A stretch of DNA of 49,662 bases from Escherichia phage 1W: the sequence record OM475428; one strand, written 5' to 3'. The position numbers were made by a program, and so were the translations under genes. The notes below the pieces were generated by a model. The model was not told where the DNA came from and did not search any database. It worked only from the letters and a program-made list of their open reading frames with translations. Positions 21,739 through 30,852 of this stretch are shown here, piece by piece (the stretch's first letter is position 1; every line of letters starts with the position of its first letter).

Positions 21739-23352
21739 ATGAGTCAGAAATACCTCATTCGCATCGCAGAGCTGGAAAGGTTGCTCTCTGAGCAGGCTGA
21801 AGCCCTCCGTCAGAAAGACCAGCAACTGAGTCTGGTTGAAGAGACGGAAGCCTTCCTGCGCTCTGCACTGACACGTGCCGAAGAAAAGATCGAAGAAGAT
21901 GAACGGGAAATAGAACATCTGCGGGCTCAGATAGAAAAACTGCGCCGGATGCTGTTCGGTACCCGTTCTGAAAAACTGCGTCGTGAAGTTGAACTGGCTG
22001 AGGCTCTGCTGAAACAACGTGAACAGGACAGCGATCGTTACAGTGGGCGGGAAGACGATCCTCAGGTTCCCCGCCAGTTGCGACAGTCGCGCCATCGTCG
22101 TCCGTTACCGGCACACCTTCCCCGTGAAATACACCGCCTGGAGCCAGAAGAAAGCTGTTGCCCGGAGTGTGGCGGTGAGCTGGATTATCTGGGGGAAGTC
22201 AGCGCTGAACAGCTGGAACTGGTGAGCAGTGCCCTGAAAGTGATCCGCACAGAACGGGTAAAAAAAGCCTGTACAAAATGTGACTGTATTGTTGAAGCAC
22301 CGGCGCCGTCCCGCCCGATAGAGCGTGGTATCGCGGGCCCCGGATTACTTGCCCGCGTGTTAACGGGAAAATACTGCGAACATCTGCCACTGTATCGTCA
22401 GAGTGAAATCTTTGCCCGCCAGGGTGTCGAACTGAGCCGGGCCTTACTCTCCAACTGGGTTGACGCGTGCTGCCAGTTAATGACACCGGTGAATGATGCC
22501 CTGTACCGTTATGTAATGAATACCCGCAAGGTTCACACTGATGACACACCGGTAAAGGTACTGGCACCGGGTCAGAAAAAGGCGAAAACAGGGCGTATCT
22601 GGACGTATGTCCGGGATGATCGCAATGTGGGTTCGTCATCTCCTCCAGCGGTCTGGTTCGCGTACTCGCCGAACCGGCAGGGGAAACACCCGGAGCAACA
22701 CCTCCGCCCCTTCCGGGGTATCCTGCAGGCGGATGCGTTCACAGGTTACGACAGGTTGTTCAGTGCAGAACGTGAAGGTGGTGCACTGACAGAAGTTGCG
22801 TGCTGGGCCCATGCCCGGCGAAAAATCCACGATGTATACATCAGCAGCAAAAGTGCGACGGCAGAAGAAGCCCTGAAGCGAATCAGTGAACTGTACGCCA
22901 TCGAGGATGAAATACGGGGATTACCGGAGTCAGAGCGTCTTGCCGTCAGGCAGCAGCGAAGCAAAGTGTTACTGACGTCGCTGCATGAATGGATGGTGGA
23001 GAAGAATGGTACGCTGTCGAAAAAATCCAGACTGGGCGAAGCGTTCAGCTATGTACTGAATCAGTGGGATGCCCTCTGTTATTACAGTGATGACGGTCTG
23101 GCGGAGGCGGATAATAATGCTGCGGAAAGAGCGCTTCGTGCAGTCTGTCTCGGAAAGAAAAACTTTATGTTCTTTGGCAGCGATCACGGCGGCGAGCGTG
23201 GAGCACTGTTGTACGGGCTGATCGGCACCTGCCGTCTGAACGGTATCGATCCGGAAGCGTATCTGCGCCATATCCTGAGCGTACTGCCGGAATGGCCTTC
23301 CAACCGAGTTGACGAACTCCTGCCATGGAACGTAGTACTCACCAATAAATAA
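21739..23352 (+). CDS. IS66 family transposase (orf3, DDE with zinc ribbon)
   Basis: 537 aa; N-terminal coiled coil, CPECGGEL zinc-ribbon motif, conserved IS66 transposase core. Confidence 0.85.
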   Translation: MSQKYLIRIAELERLLSEQAEALRQKDQQLSLVEETEAFLRSALTRAEEKIEEDEREIEHLRAQIEKLRRMLFGTRSEKLRREVELAEALLKQREQDSDRYSGREDDPQVPRQLRQSRHRRPLPAHLPREIHRLEPEESCCPECGGELDYLGEVSAEQLELVSSALKVIRTERVKKACTKCDCIVEAPAPSRPIERGIAGPGLLARVLTGKYCEHLPLYRQSEIFARQGVELSRALLSNWVDACCQLMTPVNDALYRYVMNTRKVHTDDTPVKVLAPGQKKAKTGRIWTYVRDDRNVGSSSPPAVWFAYSPNRQGKHPEQHLRPFRGILQADAFTGYDRLFSAEREGGALTEVACWAHARRKIHDVYISSKSATAEEALKRISELYAIEDEIRGLPESERLAVRQQRSKVLLTSLHEWMVEKNGTLSKKSRLGEAFSYVLNQWDALCYYSDDGLAEADNNAAERALRAVCLGKKNFMFFGSDHGGERGALLYGLIGTCRLNGIDPEAYLRHILSVLPEWPSNRVDELLPWNVVLTNK

Positions 23353-23382
23353 GCGTCAATACGGTGCTCCGTTGACGCTTAC

Positions 23383-23390
23383 TATAATGG
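23383..23390. repeat. 8-bp target site duplication TATAATGG (right copy)
   Basis: Direct repeat of 20843-20850 abutting the IS right end. Confidence 0.8.
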
Positions 23391-23523
23391 CGTGACCGCT
23401 GATAAAAATATCCGATTTGGAGGGCAGACGAATACTGGAGAACGACATCTGTTTGGCCATATTCGCAATTTCCGCATATGGCATAAAGAATTAAATGACA
23501 GGCAATTAAAAGAGGTCGTATGA
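23391..23523 (+). pseudogene. stf: Displaced 3' end of stf (last 43 codons plus stop), in frame with the upstream part once the IS and one TSD copy are removed
   Basis: Conceptual excision restores ...EYNG-VTADKNIRFGGQTNTGERHLFGHIRNFRIWHKELNDRQLKEVV*; the tail resembles the last strand of a LamG/ConA-like lectin domain. Confidence 0.7.
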
Positions 23524-23798
23524 AAGATTTAACTTTGAAGTTTCATGACAAACTGCAGTTTAAGGCCTTCCTGTCATCTCTTGGCTGGGCGGAAGATGAA
23601 GACCTCCAGAATAAACTGTTAGTTGATGAAATTGGTTTCACCTACACAGAAACAGGGGTAACAGAAGAGGGAGAACCTGTCTGTATCCGGAATGATGGTT
23701 ATTTTGTCAACATTCGCATTCTTGATGACTTGTTTGATGTTTCTGTATTCTCTGATTATGTCGTGGAGCTGGAAACACCGCTTCGGGAATGGAGCTGA
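23520..23798 (+). CDS. Hypothetical acidic protein, start overlapping the reconstructed stf stop (GTATGA)
   Basis: 92-aa ORF with ATG; the stop/start overlap suggests original translational coupling to stf; no recognisable family. Confidence 0.5.
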   Translation: MKDLTLKFHDKLQFKAFLSSLGWAEDEDLQNKLLVDEIGFTYTETGVTEEGEPVCIRNDGYFVNIRILDDLFDVSVFSDYVVELETPLREWS

Positions 23799-23810
23799 AA
23801 GGAGGAAATA

Positions 23811-24104
23811 ATGGATATAAGCCCCTTACTTCATGCACTTTGTGCTGTGGCTGCGCAGATACTGGTTGGTCTTTTTACCGGAAACTGGGCTTACGGAGCG
23901 ATAGCCGGTTGTACGTTCTTCATTGCGCGTGAACATACCCAGGCAGAATATCGCTGGATTGAAATGTTCGGGCATGGCAAGCGAATGAATATGCCGTGGT
24001 GGGGCGGTTTTGATCCGCGTGCTTGGGATGTGGCAAGCCTGATGGATTTTGCTGTGCCGGTGGTGGCGTGTCTGCTGGTCTGGCTGTTGGTTAATCGTGG
24101 GTGA
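23811..24104 (+). CDS. Hypothetical small membrane protein (two predicted TM segments)
   Basis: 97 aa with hydrophobic N- and C-terminal stretches, Trp-rich middle; RBS-like GGAGG upstream. Confidence 0.5.
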   Translation: MDISPLLHALCAVAAQILVGLFTGNWAYGAIAGCTFFIAREHTQAEYRWIEMFGHGKRMNMPWWGGFDPRAWDVASLMDFAVPVVACLLVWLLVNRG

Positions 24105-24195
24105 AAAAAGGTGAGCTGTATATGCAACGGAGGAAGAAACCCCGTTGCTGGAAGCCAGGAAAAAGTATCGGGTGTTGCTGTCCTCGGATGTTGTG

Positions 24196-25053
24196 CTAAT
24201 TGGGTGATAACAGATCCTGTGTATGGGAGTTTCCCTTTTTGCGTGCGTTGATGCTGGTAACGGCAAACGTCATGATGAACAAAACCGCGAATAAGACGAC
24301 AATCGTCGGAGCTGGTGCGCTGTCGATAAAAAAGGACAACCAGACACCAGTCATTGACACTATTACCGATATGCCAGTCGCCAGTAGGAGCGCAATATGA
24401 AAGCGTTGTGTCAGGAGTACCGCAATGGCGCCAGGCGCAATGAGCAGAGAAATGGAGAGAATGATACCTACCGCTTTCAGCGTCGCCACAATGGTCAGAG
24501 AGACCATGCACAGCAGCCCATAATGCAGCCATCTCGTATGCAAACCGCTTACCTGCGCCTGTTGATAATCAAAGCTGAACAGCAAAAAATCCCGCCATTT
24601 TACGCTAATAACAAGTGTAACCAGCCCGGCAATAATCATCGTCTGGATTATATCGCCGATGGTTATCCCGAGCATGTCGCCGAAAAGAATATGGTCAAGA
24701 TGTACGTCTGGTTTGACTGCAATATACAAGATCAGACCTGCGGCAAACATGCCAGAAAAAACAATCCCCATCACTGTATCTTGCTTGATTCGGCTGTTGT
24801 CTTTCAGGTATCCCGTCGCCACCGCGCAGAATACTCCGGCGACGAATGCCCCTGTAGCCAAAGGTAACCCCAGAATCCAGGCAAGCACGATGCCAGGAAA
24901 AACCGCATGACTCATCGCGTCACCCATCAGTGCCCAACCTTTCAGGACCAGAAAGACCGACAGCAGCGCACAGGGTATGGAAACTACCAGTGAAATCAGC
25001 AGTGCGTGACTCATAAAGGTGAACTGCAGTGGCTCCAGTAATAATGCCATCAT
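24196..25053 (-). CDS. sitD: Mn/Fe ABC transporter permease SitD
   Basis: 285 aa polytopic membrane protein, ABC-3 permease family; last gene of a four-gene operon with overlapping stop/start junctions. Confidence 0.85.
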   Translation of the reverse strand: MMALLLEPLQFTFMSHALLISLVVSIPCALLSVFLVLKGWALMGDAMSHAVFPGIVLAWILGLPLATGAFVAGVFCAVATGYLKDNSRIKQDTVMGIVFSGMFAAGLILYIAVKPDVHLDHILFGDMLGITIGDIIQTMIIAGLVTLVISVKWRDFLLFSFDYQQAQVSGLHTRWLHYGLLCMVSLTIVATLKAVGIILSISLLIAPGAIAVLLTQRFHIALLLATGISVIVSMTGVWLSFFIDSAPAPTIVVLFAVLFIMTFAVTSINARKKGNSHTQDLLSPN

Positions 25054-25907
25054 GAGCGATCCTCCAGCGCCTTATGCGCACGCCGACGATTTGCCAAAAG
25101 CCCATGGGTGGGCGCAAAGACAAATGCTAAAAGAAACAGCAGTGTCTGCGCCACCACGATGATTCCACCTGTCGCGCCGTCCAGAAAGTAACTGACCCAC
25201 GCGCCGAGGAAACTGGTTACACTGCCAATAGTTACAGCAATCATGAGCAGGCGGGGAAAACGATCGGTTAACAACCATGCTGTTGCACCGGGAGTCACCA
25301 CCAGACAGATCACCAGAAAGGCACCAACCGTTTGCAGCGCCGCAACGGTCGAAACCGACAGCAGGGTGAAGAAGAGGAGTTTTAATCTGCCCGGATGCAA
25401 TCCAATAGCACGGGCGTGATTCTCGTCGAAAAAGGTCACCATAAGATCTTTCCATTTGAAAAAAAGCACGATGATCGAGAGAATGCCAATGATAGTGAGT
25501 TGCAGGATATCCGCCGGATCGATTGCCAGAATATTGCCCAGGACGATGGTCTGAATGTTCACAGATGTCGGGTTCAATGACACCATAAACAGCCCCAGGC
25601 CAAAAAAGGACGAGAAGATCAGACCGATGATGGCATCTTCTTTTAAGCGGGTGCGTTGGTTAAGAAACAGCATGCTGCCCGCAGCCAGTCCGCCGGAAAA
25701 GAAGGCTCCCAGAGAAAACGGAAGCCCCAGCATATATGCCCCCGCAACACCCGGGACAATAGAGTGCGACAACGCATCGCCAATCAGCGACCAGCCTTTT
25801 AGCATCAGATAGCATGACAGGAAAGCGCAGAGACCGCCGACCATCGCCGAGACCCACATCGCATTGAGCATATATTCATAGCTGAAGGGTTCCAGTAGCA
25901 CGTTCAT
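25050..25907 (-). CDS. sitC: Mn/Fe ABC transporter permease SitC
   Basis: 285 aa paralogous permease; overlaps neighbours by 4 nt. Confidence 0.85.
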   Translation of the reverse strand: MNVLLEPFSYEYMLNAMWVSAMVGGLCAFLSCYLMLKGWSLIGDALSHSIVPGVAGAYMLGLPFSLGAFFSGGLAAGSMLFLNQRTRLKEDAIIGLIFSSFFGLGLFMVSLNPTSVNIQTIVLGNILAIDPADILQLTIIGILSIIVLFFKWKDLMVTFFDENHARAIGLHPGRLKLLFFTLLSVSTVAALQTVGAFLVICLVVTPGATAWLLTDRFPRLLMIAVTIGSVTSFLGAWVSYFLDGATGGIIVVAQTLLFLLAFVFAPTHGLLANRRRAHKALEDRS

Positions 25908-26731
25908 CTTTCTTCCCTCTGCACCGCTGACGGTCGATGAGCCACAAAAGGGCGTTCATCGTCAGTAATAATGCTTTCTTCCGAGCCGTTAAGTGTGACA
26001 TGGCGCAGTACGCCGCTAAAAGCCAGCTCTAGGTTCTCGGCTGTAAAAGTGGTGTCTGTCGGCCCGCTTGCCAGGACGGTGCCTTTGACCATGACCGTAT
26101 AATCGCAAAATGTCGTGACGGATCCGAGATTGTGTGTTGAGACAAGCATCGTTTTGCCTTCCGCGCGTAACTCCCTCAACAGGCTGATGATTTTGGCTTC
26201 GGTTTTCACATCAACGCCAGTAAAAGGTTCATCCAGCAGGATCACATCACCCTGCTGTGCAATCGCTCTCGCCAGAAAGACGCGTTTCTTTTGTCCACCG
26301 GAAAGCTCGCCGATTTGTCGATGGCGAAAATTCACCATATCGACACGTTCCAGCGCATCGGTGACAATTTGACGATCCCTCTTTTTGGCGATACGCAACA
26401 TACCCATATGCCCATAGCGGCCCATCATCACCACATCTTCCACCAGTACAGGAAATGACCAGTCAACCTCTTCTGACTGAGGGACGTAGGCAACCAGGTT
26501 TTTCTGTAACGCCTGTCGCGTGGGAATACCCAGAACAGATATCTTTCCGCTGGTCAGACGCACAAATCCCATAATCGCTTTAAACAACGTCGATTTTCCG
26601 GAACCGTTTACCCCAACCAGAGCGGCAATAGATCCACTTGGTACTGTGAAGGATGCATCGCGCAGTGCTGTGTGCCCGTTATGCCAGGTGACAGCAACAT
26701 CATTAACGACAATGCCTGCAGATTGCATCAT
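25904..26731 (-). CDS. sitB: Mn/Fe ABC transporter ATP-binding protein SitB
   Basis: Walker [13 protein letters not shown] signature LSGGQKKR, Walker B ILLDEP. Confidence 0.9.
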   Translation of the reverse strand: MMQSAGIVVNDVAVTWHNGHTALRDASFTVPSGSIAALVGVNGSGKSTLFKAIMGFVRLTSGKISVLGIPTRQALQKNLVAYVPQSEEVDWSFPVLVEDVVMMGRYGHMGMLRIAKKRDRQIVTDALERVDMVNFRHRQIGELSGGQKKRVFLARAIAQQGDVILLDEPFTGVDVKTEAKIISLLRELRAEGKTMLVSTHNLGSVTTFCDYTVMVKGTVLASGPTDTTFTAENLELAFSGVLRHVTLNGSEESIITDDERPFVAHRPSAVQREER

Positions 26732-27645
26732 TATTTCTCCCTTTTCCCGGCTTTAATTCCCTGTACCAGCGTACTGGTAGTAACCTTAAGAAGGTCGATA
26801 TACGTCGGTACCGGGCCGTTTTCTGTGCTCAGGGAATCGACATAGAGCACACCGCCGTAGTGTGCGCCGGTTTCACGCGCAACCTGACGCGCTGGTTTAT
26901 CGGAAATCGTACTCTCGCTAAAGACTGCCGGGATATGATTTTTCTTAACTATATCAACAACCTTACGTACCTGCTGCGGTGTTCCTTGTTGATCGGCATT
27001 AATCGGCCACAGATAAAGCTCTTTTAGCCCCAAATCGCGTGCGAGATAAGAAAAAGCCCCTTCACTGGTGACCATCCATCGCTGATTCTCAGGGAGTTCC
27101 GTAATCTGCTTACGCAGGGGGGCAAGGGTTTGGGTAATCTTGGCTTTATAAGTATCGGCATTGCGTTGGTAGGTTTGTGCATTTGCCGGATCGTATTTTA
27201 TCAACGCATCACGAATATTATCGACGTAAATCAGAGCATTATCTGGCGACATCCATGCATGGGGGTTAGGTTTGCCCTCATAGGGTCCTTCGGTGATCCC
27301 TACAGGCGTCACACCCGAAGAGACAATTACTTCTGGAACCCCATTGAGATGCTGGTAAAAGCGTTGGAACCACAATTCCAGATTCATACCATTGGCGAGA
27401 ATCAGTTGTGCCCCCTGCGCACGTTTAATATCGCCAGGGGTAGGCTGATACTCATGAATTTCTGCACCAGGCTTGGTTATGGATGAGACTTCTGCAGCAT
27501 CTCCCGCCACGTTTTTGGCCATATCCGCGATGATGGTAAATGTTGTAATGACCTTAAATTTTTCAGTTGCACTTGCCTGAAATGCGATCGAGCAGGTGAG
27601 TGCGAGGCCCCCCAAGAGCATGGTTACTTTTTTTATTGAGCGCAT
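26731..27645 (-). CDS. sitA: Periplasmic Mn/Fe-binding protein SitA (cluster A-I substrate-binding protein) with signal peptide
   Basis: 304 aa; N-terminal signal peptide; TroA/ZnuA-like fold features; first gene of the operon. Confidence 0.9.
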   Translation of the reverse strand: MRSIKKVTMLLGGLALTCSIAFQASATEKFKVITTFTIIADMAKNVAGDAAEVSSITKPGAEIHEYQPTPGDIKRAQGAQLILANGMNLELWFQRFYQHLNGVPEVIVSSGVTPVGITEGPYEGKPNPHAWMSPDNALIYVDNIRDALIKYDPANAQTYQRNADTYKAKITQTLAPLRKQITELPENQRWMVTSEGAFSYLARDLGLKELYLWPINADQQGTPQQVRKVVDIVKKNHIPAVFSESTISDKPARQVARETGAHYGGVLYVDSLSTENGPVPTYIDLLKVTTSTLVQGIKAGKREK

Positions 27646-27677
27646 AATTTAGTACCTATAGTGAGCAAAATTAGAAC

Positions 27678-27699
27678 AAACATAGCAACGGCTATGTTT
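27678..27699 (-). promoter_or_regulatory. MntR-box-like palindrome upstream of sitA
   Basis: AAACATAGCAACGGCTATGTTT, a near-perfect inverted repeat about 35 bp upstream of the sitA start, matching the remembered MntR operator consensus. Confidence 0.6.
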
Positions 27700-27723
27700 T
27701 ATAGCATAACCTATACAGAATGA

Positions 27724-27740
27724 AAATGATTATCATTAAC
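27724..27740 (-). promoter_or_regulatory. Fur-box-like sequence upstream of sitA
   Basis: AAATGATTATCATTAAC contains the GATAAT/ATTATC-type palindrome characteristic of Fur boxes. Confidence 0.55.
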
Positions 27741-27748
27741 ATCTTTGA

Positions 27749-28078
27749 GGCCCAAAACAGGGATTAGTTTGTTTCCTGCTGGATGAAAGGACTCTTGGGA
27801 TAGCACATGCCGCACGAAGAGCAGCATTACATGATGTTTTGTCGAATGAGCTACGAATCCTGATAGAAATACGAAACAAGCTAGCACATGGACAATGGAT
27901 CTATCCCTTCAATAATGAAGGAAATACTGTGGACCCTGATAAATATAAATTAATCAATAAAGAAAACTTGCAGTCACTCCAATTCAAATATTCATTAGCA
28001 CAGCATTTAGTTGACGCTGTACATGATTTGGTTGTAAGTCCTACGACATTCGAACGAGATTTCGAAAGCCATTTTTAA
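27749..28078 (+). pseudogene. 5'-truncated remnant of a HEPN-like (R-x4-H motif) gene
   Basis: Open frame without any in-frame ATG (the track start is TTG); contains EIRNKLAHG (Rx4H); begins right at the sit promoter region, suggesting truncation by the sit insertion. Confidence 0.4.
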
Positions 28079-28431
28079 AAATTATATCAAGTACGAACAA
28101 ACTTAGTGACAAAAGACTACGAAAAATATAAAACAATTTTAGTATTAAGTAGAGAGAAATTTCGTTCTGCTAGGACGCAGCAATAGGTTCATGAGATTCT
28201 CTGATACTTGTTACCTTAGTAAGCCTTAAATTTTTAAAAATTCTTTTACGTCCACTCCTCGCTCATAACAGGCATTAACTACATTTATCTTCATTGGCTA
28301 TGCAAGTCGTAATAAAAGGTGGGACAAAACTGAGACACATAAGCTCTCACAAAGGTCTGCAAGGCCTCACATGTATTGAGATGTTAATAAAATGTAGACT
28401 TGTAATTTTGATATAAATGGTAGATAAAACC

Positions 28432-28443
28432 TTTCCCCAAAAT
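28432..28443 (+). repeat. Arm-type-like repeat TTTCCCCAAAAT on the left side of attP
   Basis: Fourth copy of the TTCCCCAAAA(C/T) motif that is triplicated at 28791-28828. Confidence 0.45.
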
Positions 28444-28560
28444 AAAAACGAACGTCAATGAAATCAAATGGTTGAATAAAGTTGATTTTGGCTAATAAAA
28501 AAACAATAAAATAATTTTTATTATTAAATATCAATGACTTAAACTTAATGTTTTTATATA

Positions 28561-28725
28561 CTGCTGCGCCATATGGGTTGGACTGAAGCGGCTGACCTGA
28601 TTGTTAAAGGTATGGAAGGCGCAATCAACGCCAAGACCGTAACCTATGACTTCGAACGTCTGATGGAAGGCGCTAAACTGCTGAAATGTTCAGAGTTTGG
28701 TGATGCGATCATCAAGAATATGTAA
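28561..28725 (+). other. icd: Phage-borne 3' fragment of icd (isocitrate dehydrogenase C-terminus); the attP crossover region lies at its 5' edge
   Basis: In-frame translation [54 protein letters not shown] matches the E. coli Icd C-terminus from recall, with upstream sequence unrelated to icd. Phage 21 and e14 are known to integrate into icd and carry such a replacement fragment. Confidence 0.8.
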
Positions 28726-28748
28726 TCACTACATGTGTTAAATATTGA

Positions 28749-28777
28749 AACGGGCGTATAACACGCCCGTTGTTTTA
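28749..28777 (+). terminator. Intrinsic terminator after the icd fragment
   Basis: Stem aacgggcgt / acgcccgtt with a 5-nt loop, followed by gtttta. Confidence 0.65.
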
Positions 28778-28790
28778 TGATGATGTAAAA

Positions 28791-28828
28791 TCTTCCCCAA
28801 AACTTTCCCCAAAACCCTTCCCCAAAAC
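28791..28828 (+). repeat. Three tandem direct repeats (tc/t/cc)TTCCCCAAAAC; candidate integrase arm-type binding sites
   Basis: Three consecutive 12-13-bp units between the icd fragment and the int 3' end; one more copy at 28432-28443. Confidence 0.55.
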
Positions 28829-28838
28829 TGGCTGTTTT

Positions 28839-29981
28839 CTATGCTGTTTTGATATCTACGATAATCCAGTCTTTACCACGATCATCATTGTATCGGTCGG
28901 TCATTTTTCTGGATTTATGGCCTAACAACTTTTGCGTATCCAGACCCTGTTCCCGATATAACCGTTCTGACAGAGATCGCTGCTCATGAAATGTGGGCGC
29001 AGTTCCTTGCTCCCATTTTATGCCACATTTTTCCCTGGCCTTTTTAAAAGCCGTTGTCAGAGTATTCGCAGAAACCTGGTCTCCTCTGTTTGCTTGAGAG
29101 GTTGTGTGACGGTAATGGACCAGATATTTACTAACAACAGCATCCCTGCACTGAGATATAACTTCACGAAGGGTAATATTCAGAGCATCGCATTTCAGGT
29201 TAAGCGGAATAGCAAGTTTTGAACCGGTTTTTTCCTGAGTAATGTGCAACATGTCGTCCCAGATATCAGAGAATTTCAAATTGCAGATATCGCCTAAACG
29301 TTGTCCAGTGACAAGAGCAAGTAGCATCCCGCATTTTAAATAGGGCTGCCGTCTGCTTACGCTGTCAAATATTGCCTGCCATTCGGGCAGTGATAATCTT
29401 TGGCGGTTTACTCGATTTCGCGGTTGTTTTGTTGCCTGCGCTGGGTTAAATCCTGGCGGAACATGTCCTGCGTGTTGTGCTTCTTTGAAGACGTCGATTA
29501 ACACCATTCTCACGACTTGCGCCATCCTGTTATGACCTTCAGCCTTTACAGCATCAATTATTTCGGCAATATCAAGTGCGGTAATATCCTTGAGGTGTTG
29601 CATTCCACAATGCTCACGGAAAAGACGAATGGGTTTGCCTTTTTGCCGATAGGAGTTGGGTCTTAGTTCATTATGTTGCAGCCTGTCCTCCTGGATAGAA
29701 ATATATTTATCAAGCCATTCTGTCACCGTAATGTCTGAGCGCCTGCCTTTCATTCTTTCCAGACGCTCATTGACGCTTAATATTTGTCGGGTACGTTGTT
29801 CAGCAATAATGGTATTTGCTTCAGTAGCAACTTGTTTTGCTTCATTCTCATCAGTTCCTAAGCTATGAAAACGACCGGATAGTGGATGTTTGTATTGCCA
29901 ATATACCTTTCCGGTTCGCTTATCTAATTTGCAATATAAATTGGGTATAGAGATTTTGTGAGATCGGGGTCTAGCAGCCAT
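28839..29981 (-). CDS. int: Tyrosine integrase (lambda Int family)
   Basis: 380 aa; C-terminal catalytic region LLGHKSRKMTDRYNDDRGKDW resembles lambda Int (LLGHKSDTMASQYRDDRG); adjacent to xis and att. Confidence 0.9.
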   Translation of the reverse strand: MAARPRSHKISIPNLYCKLDKRTGKVYWQYKHPLSGRFHSLGTDENEAKQVATEANTIIAEQRTRQILSVNERLERMKGRRSDITVTEWLDKYISIQEDRLQHNELRPNSYRQKGKPIRLFREHCGMQHLKDITALDIAEIIDAVKAEGHNRMAQVVRMVLIDVFKEAQHAGHVPPGFNPAQATKQPRNRVNRQRLSLPEWQAIFDSVSRRQPYLKCGMLLALVTGQRLGDICNLKFSDIWDDMLHITQEKTGSKLAIPLNLKCDALNITLREVISQCRDAVVSKYLVHYRHTTSQANRGDQVSANTLTTAFKKAREKCGIKWEQGTAPTFHEQRSLSERLYREQGLDTQKLLGHKSRKMTDRYNDDRGKDWIIVDIKTA

Positions 29982-30207
29982 CAGCGATTATCCGTTGGAG
30001 TTTTGGGTTTGCGTTTATTGGGAGTTGCGGTTCTGCAAGCGTTCCTACAAAACGGGAATTTCGGTCAATCATCCAGTAGCGACCAACTTTTATAGCGGGT
30101 GGGGCCATCATTTTCCCTTGCGCGTATTTTTTCAGAACTCGCTCACTTGGTGCTAAGTCCCCAAATTCTTCTTTAGCCCAGTCCTGTAAAGTGATTAGTC
30201 GAGACAT
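29971..30207 (-). CDS. xis: Excisionase
   Basis: 78 aa overlapping the int start; winged-helix Xis-like sequence (KVGRYWMIDRN). Confidence 0.75.
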   Translation of the reverse strand: MSRLITLQDWAKEEFGDLAPSERVLKKYAQGKMMAPPAIKVGRYWMIDRNSRFVGTLAEPQLPINANPKLQRIIADGC

Positions 30208-30346
30208 TTGTCCTCCTCTTAGCTGCTGAGGGAGTTTGTGACCGATATATCTGACATGATATTAAGCTCATGGCAGGTACATCTCTTGACTGGTCATAGA
30301 GATAAATTTAATGCTGAGAAATGCAGTATTGAATTTATCAAATTTT

Positions 30347-30586
30347 CTATTTCCTGCGTATGGCACGTAACTTCTTAATGTGTTCTGCCGTTTCGATCTC
30401 TTCTGCTATCCGATCTGCATCAGCTTTATTCACAGGTTCAAAGTCATGATTAAAGCGGAACATGCTGGCGATACATGTTCTGCCTTTTCGGATGTAGTGA
30501 ACTTTGTTGTGGGTAGAACGCAGGATTTTGCAGGGAGTGCCGTGGTGGTCGACGTACCAGGTGTTAGGAAAAATGATTCTGAACAT
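30347..30586 (-). CDS. Hypothetical early-left protein
   Basis: 79-aa ORF with ATG start in the xis-exo accessory region; no recognisable family. Confidence 0.45.
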   Translation of the reverse strand: MFRIIFPNTWYVDHHGTPCKILRSTHNKVHYIRKGRTCIASMFRFNHDFEPVNKADADRIAEEIETAEHIKKLRAIRRK

Positions 30587-30633
30587 TTTTACACCTCAGT
30601 TGGACGATGTTGAAATTTGCTGCTTTGAGGCCA

Positions 30634-30852
30634 TCACAGTCCCCATTGTTTGTTCTTAAGTTCGATCTCCTCCTGGCAACTTGCACAAGTCCGACAACCC
30701 TGAACGGCCAGGCGTCTTCGTTCATCTATCGGATCGCCACACTCACAACAATGAGTGGCAGATATAGCCTGGTGGTTCAGGCGGCGCATTTTTATTGCTG
30801 TGTTGCGCTGTAATTCTTCAATTTCTGATGCTGAATCAATGATGTCTGCCAT
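30634..30852 (-). CDS. DksA/TraR-family C4 zinc-finger protein
   Basis: 72 aa with CxxC-x17-CxxC (CCECGDPIDERRRLAVQGCRTCASC), typical of phage TraR-like proteins that bind RNA polymerase. Confidence 0.75.
   Translation of the reverse strand: MADIIDSASEIEELQRNTAIKMRRLNHQAISATHCCECGDPIDERRRLAVQGCRTCASCQEEIELKNKQWGL

Larger units (their letters stand above)
20851..23382 (+). mobile_element. IS66-family insertion sequence (three-ORF type) with imperfect terminal inverted repeats beginning GTAAGCGT
   Basis: Left end gtaagcgtaaactgacc; right end reverse complement gtaagcgtcaacgg; three ORFs in canonical IS66 order; 8-bp TSD. Confidence 0.85.

Noticed and set aside
24397-24910. Plus-strand ORFs of 83-156 aa overlapping sitD
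   Set aside because: They are antisense to a well-supported permease gene, with skewed basic composition; judged spurious.
28100-28560. AT-rich 460-bp ORF-free region as a possible ncRNA or CRISPR leader
   Set aside because: There are no repeat-spacer units or conserved structure; it is more simply explained as the attP P-arm, AT-rich with one arm-type repeat copy.
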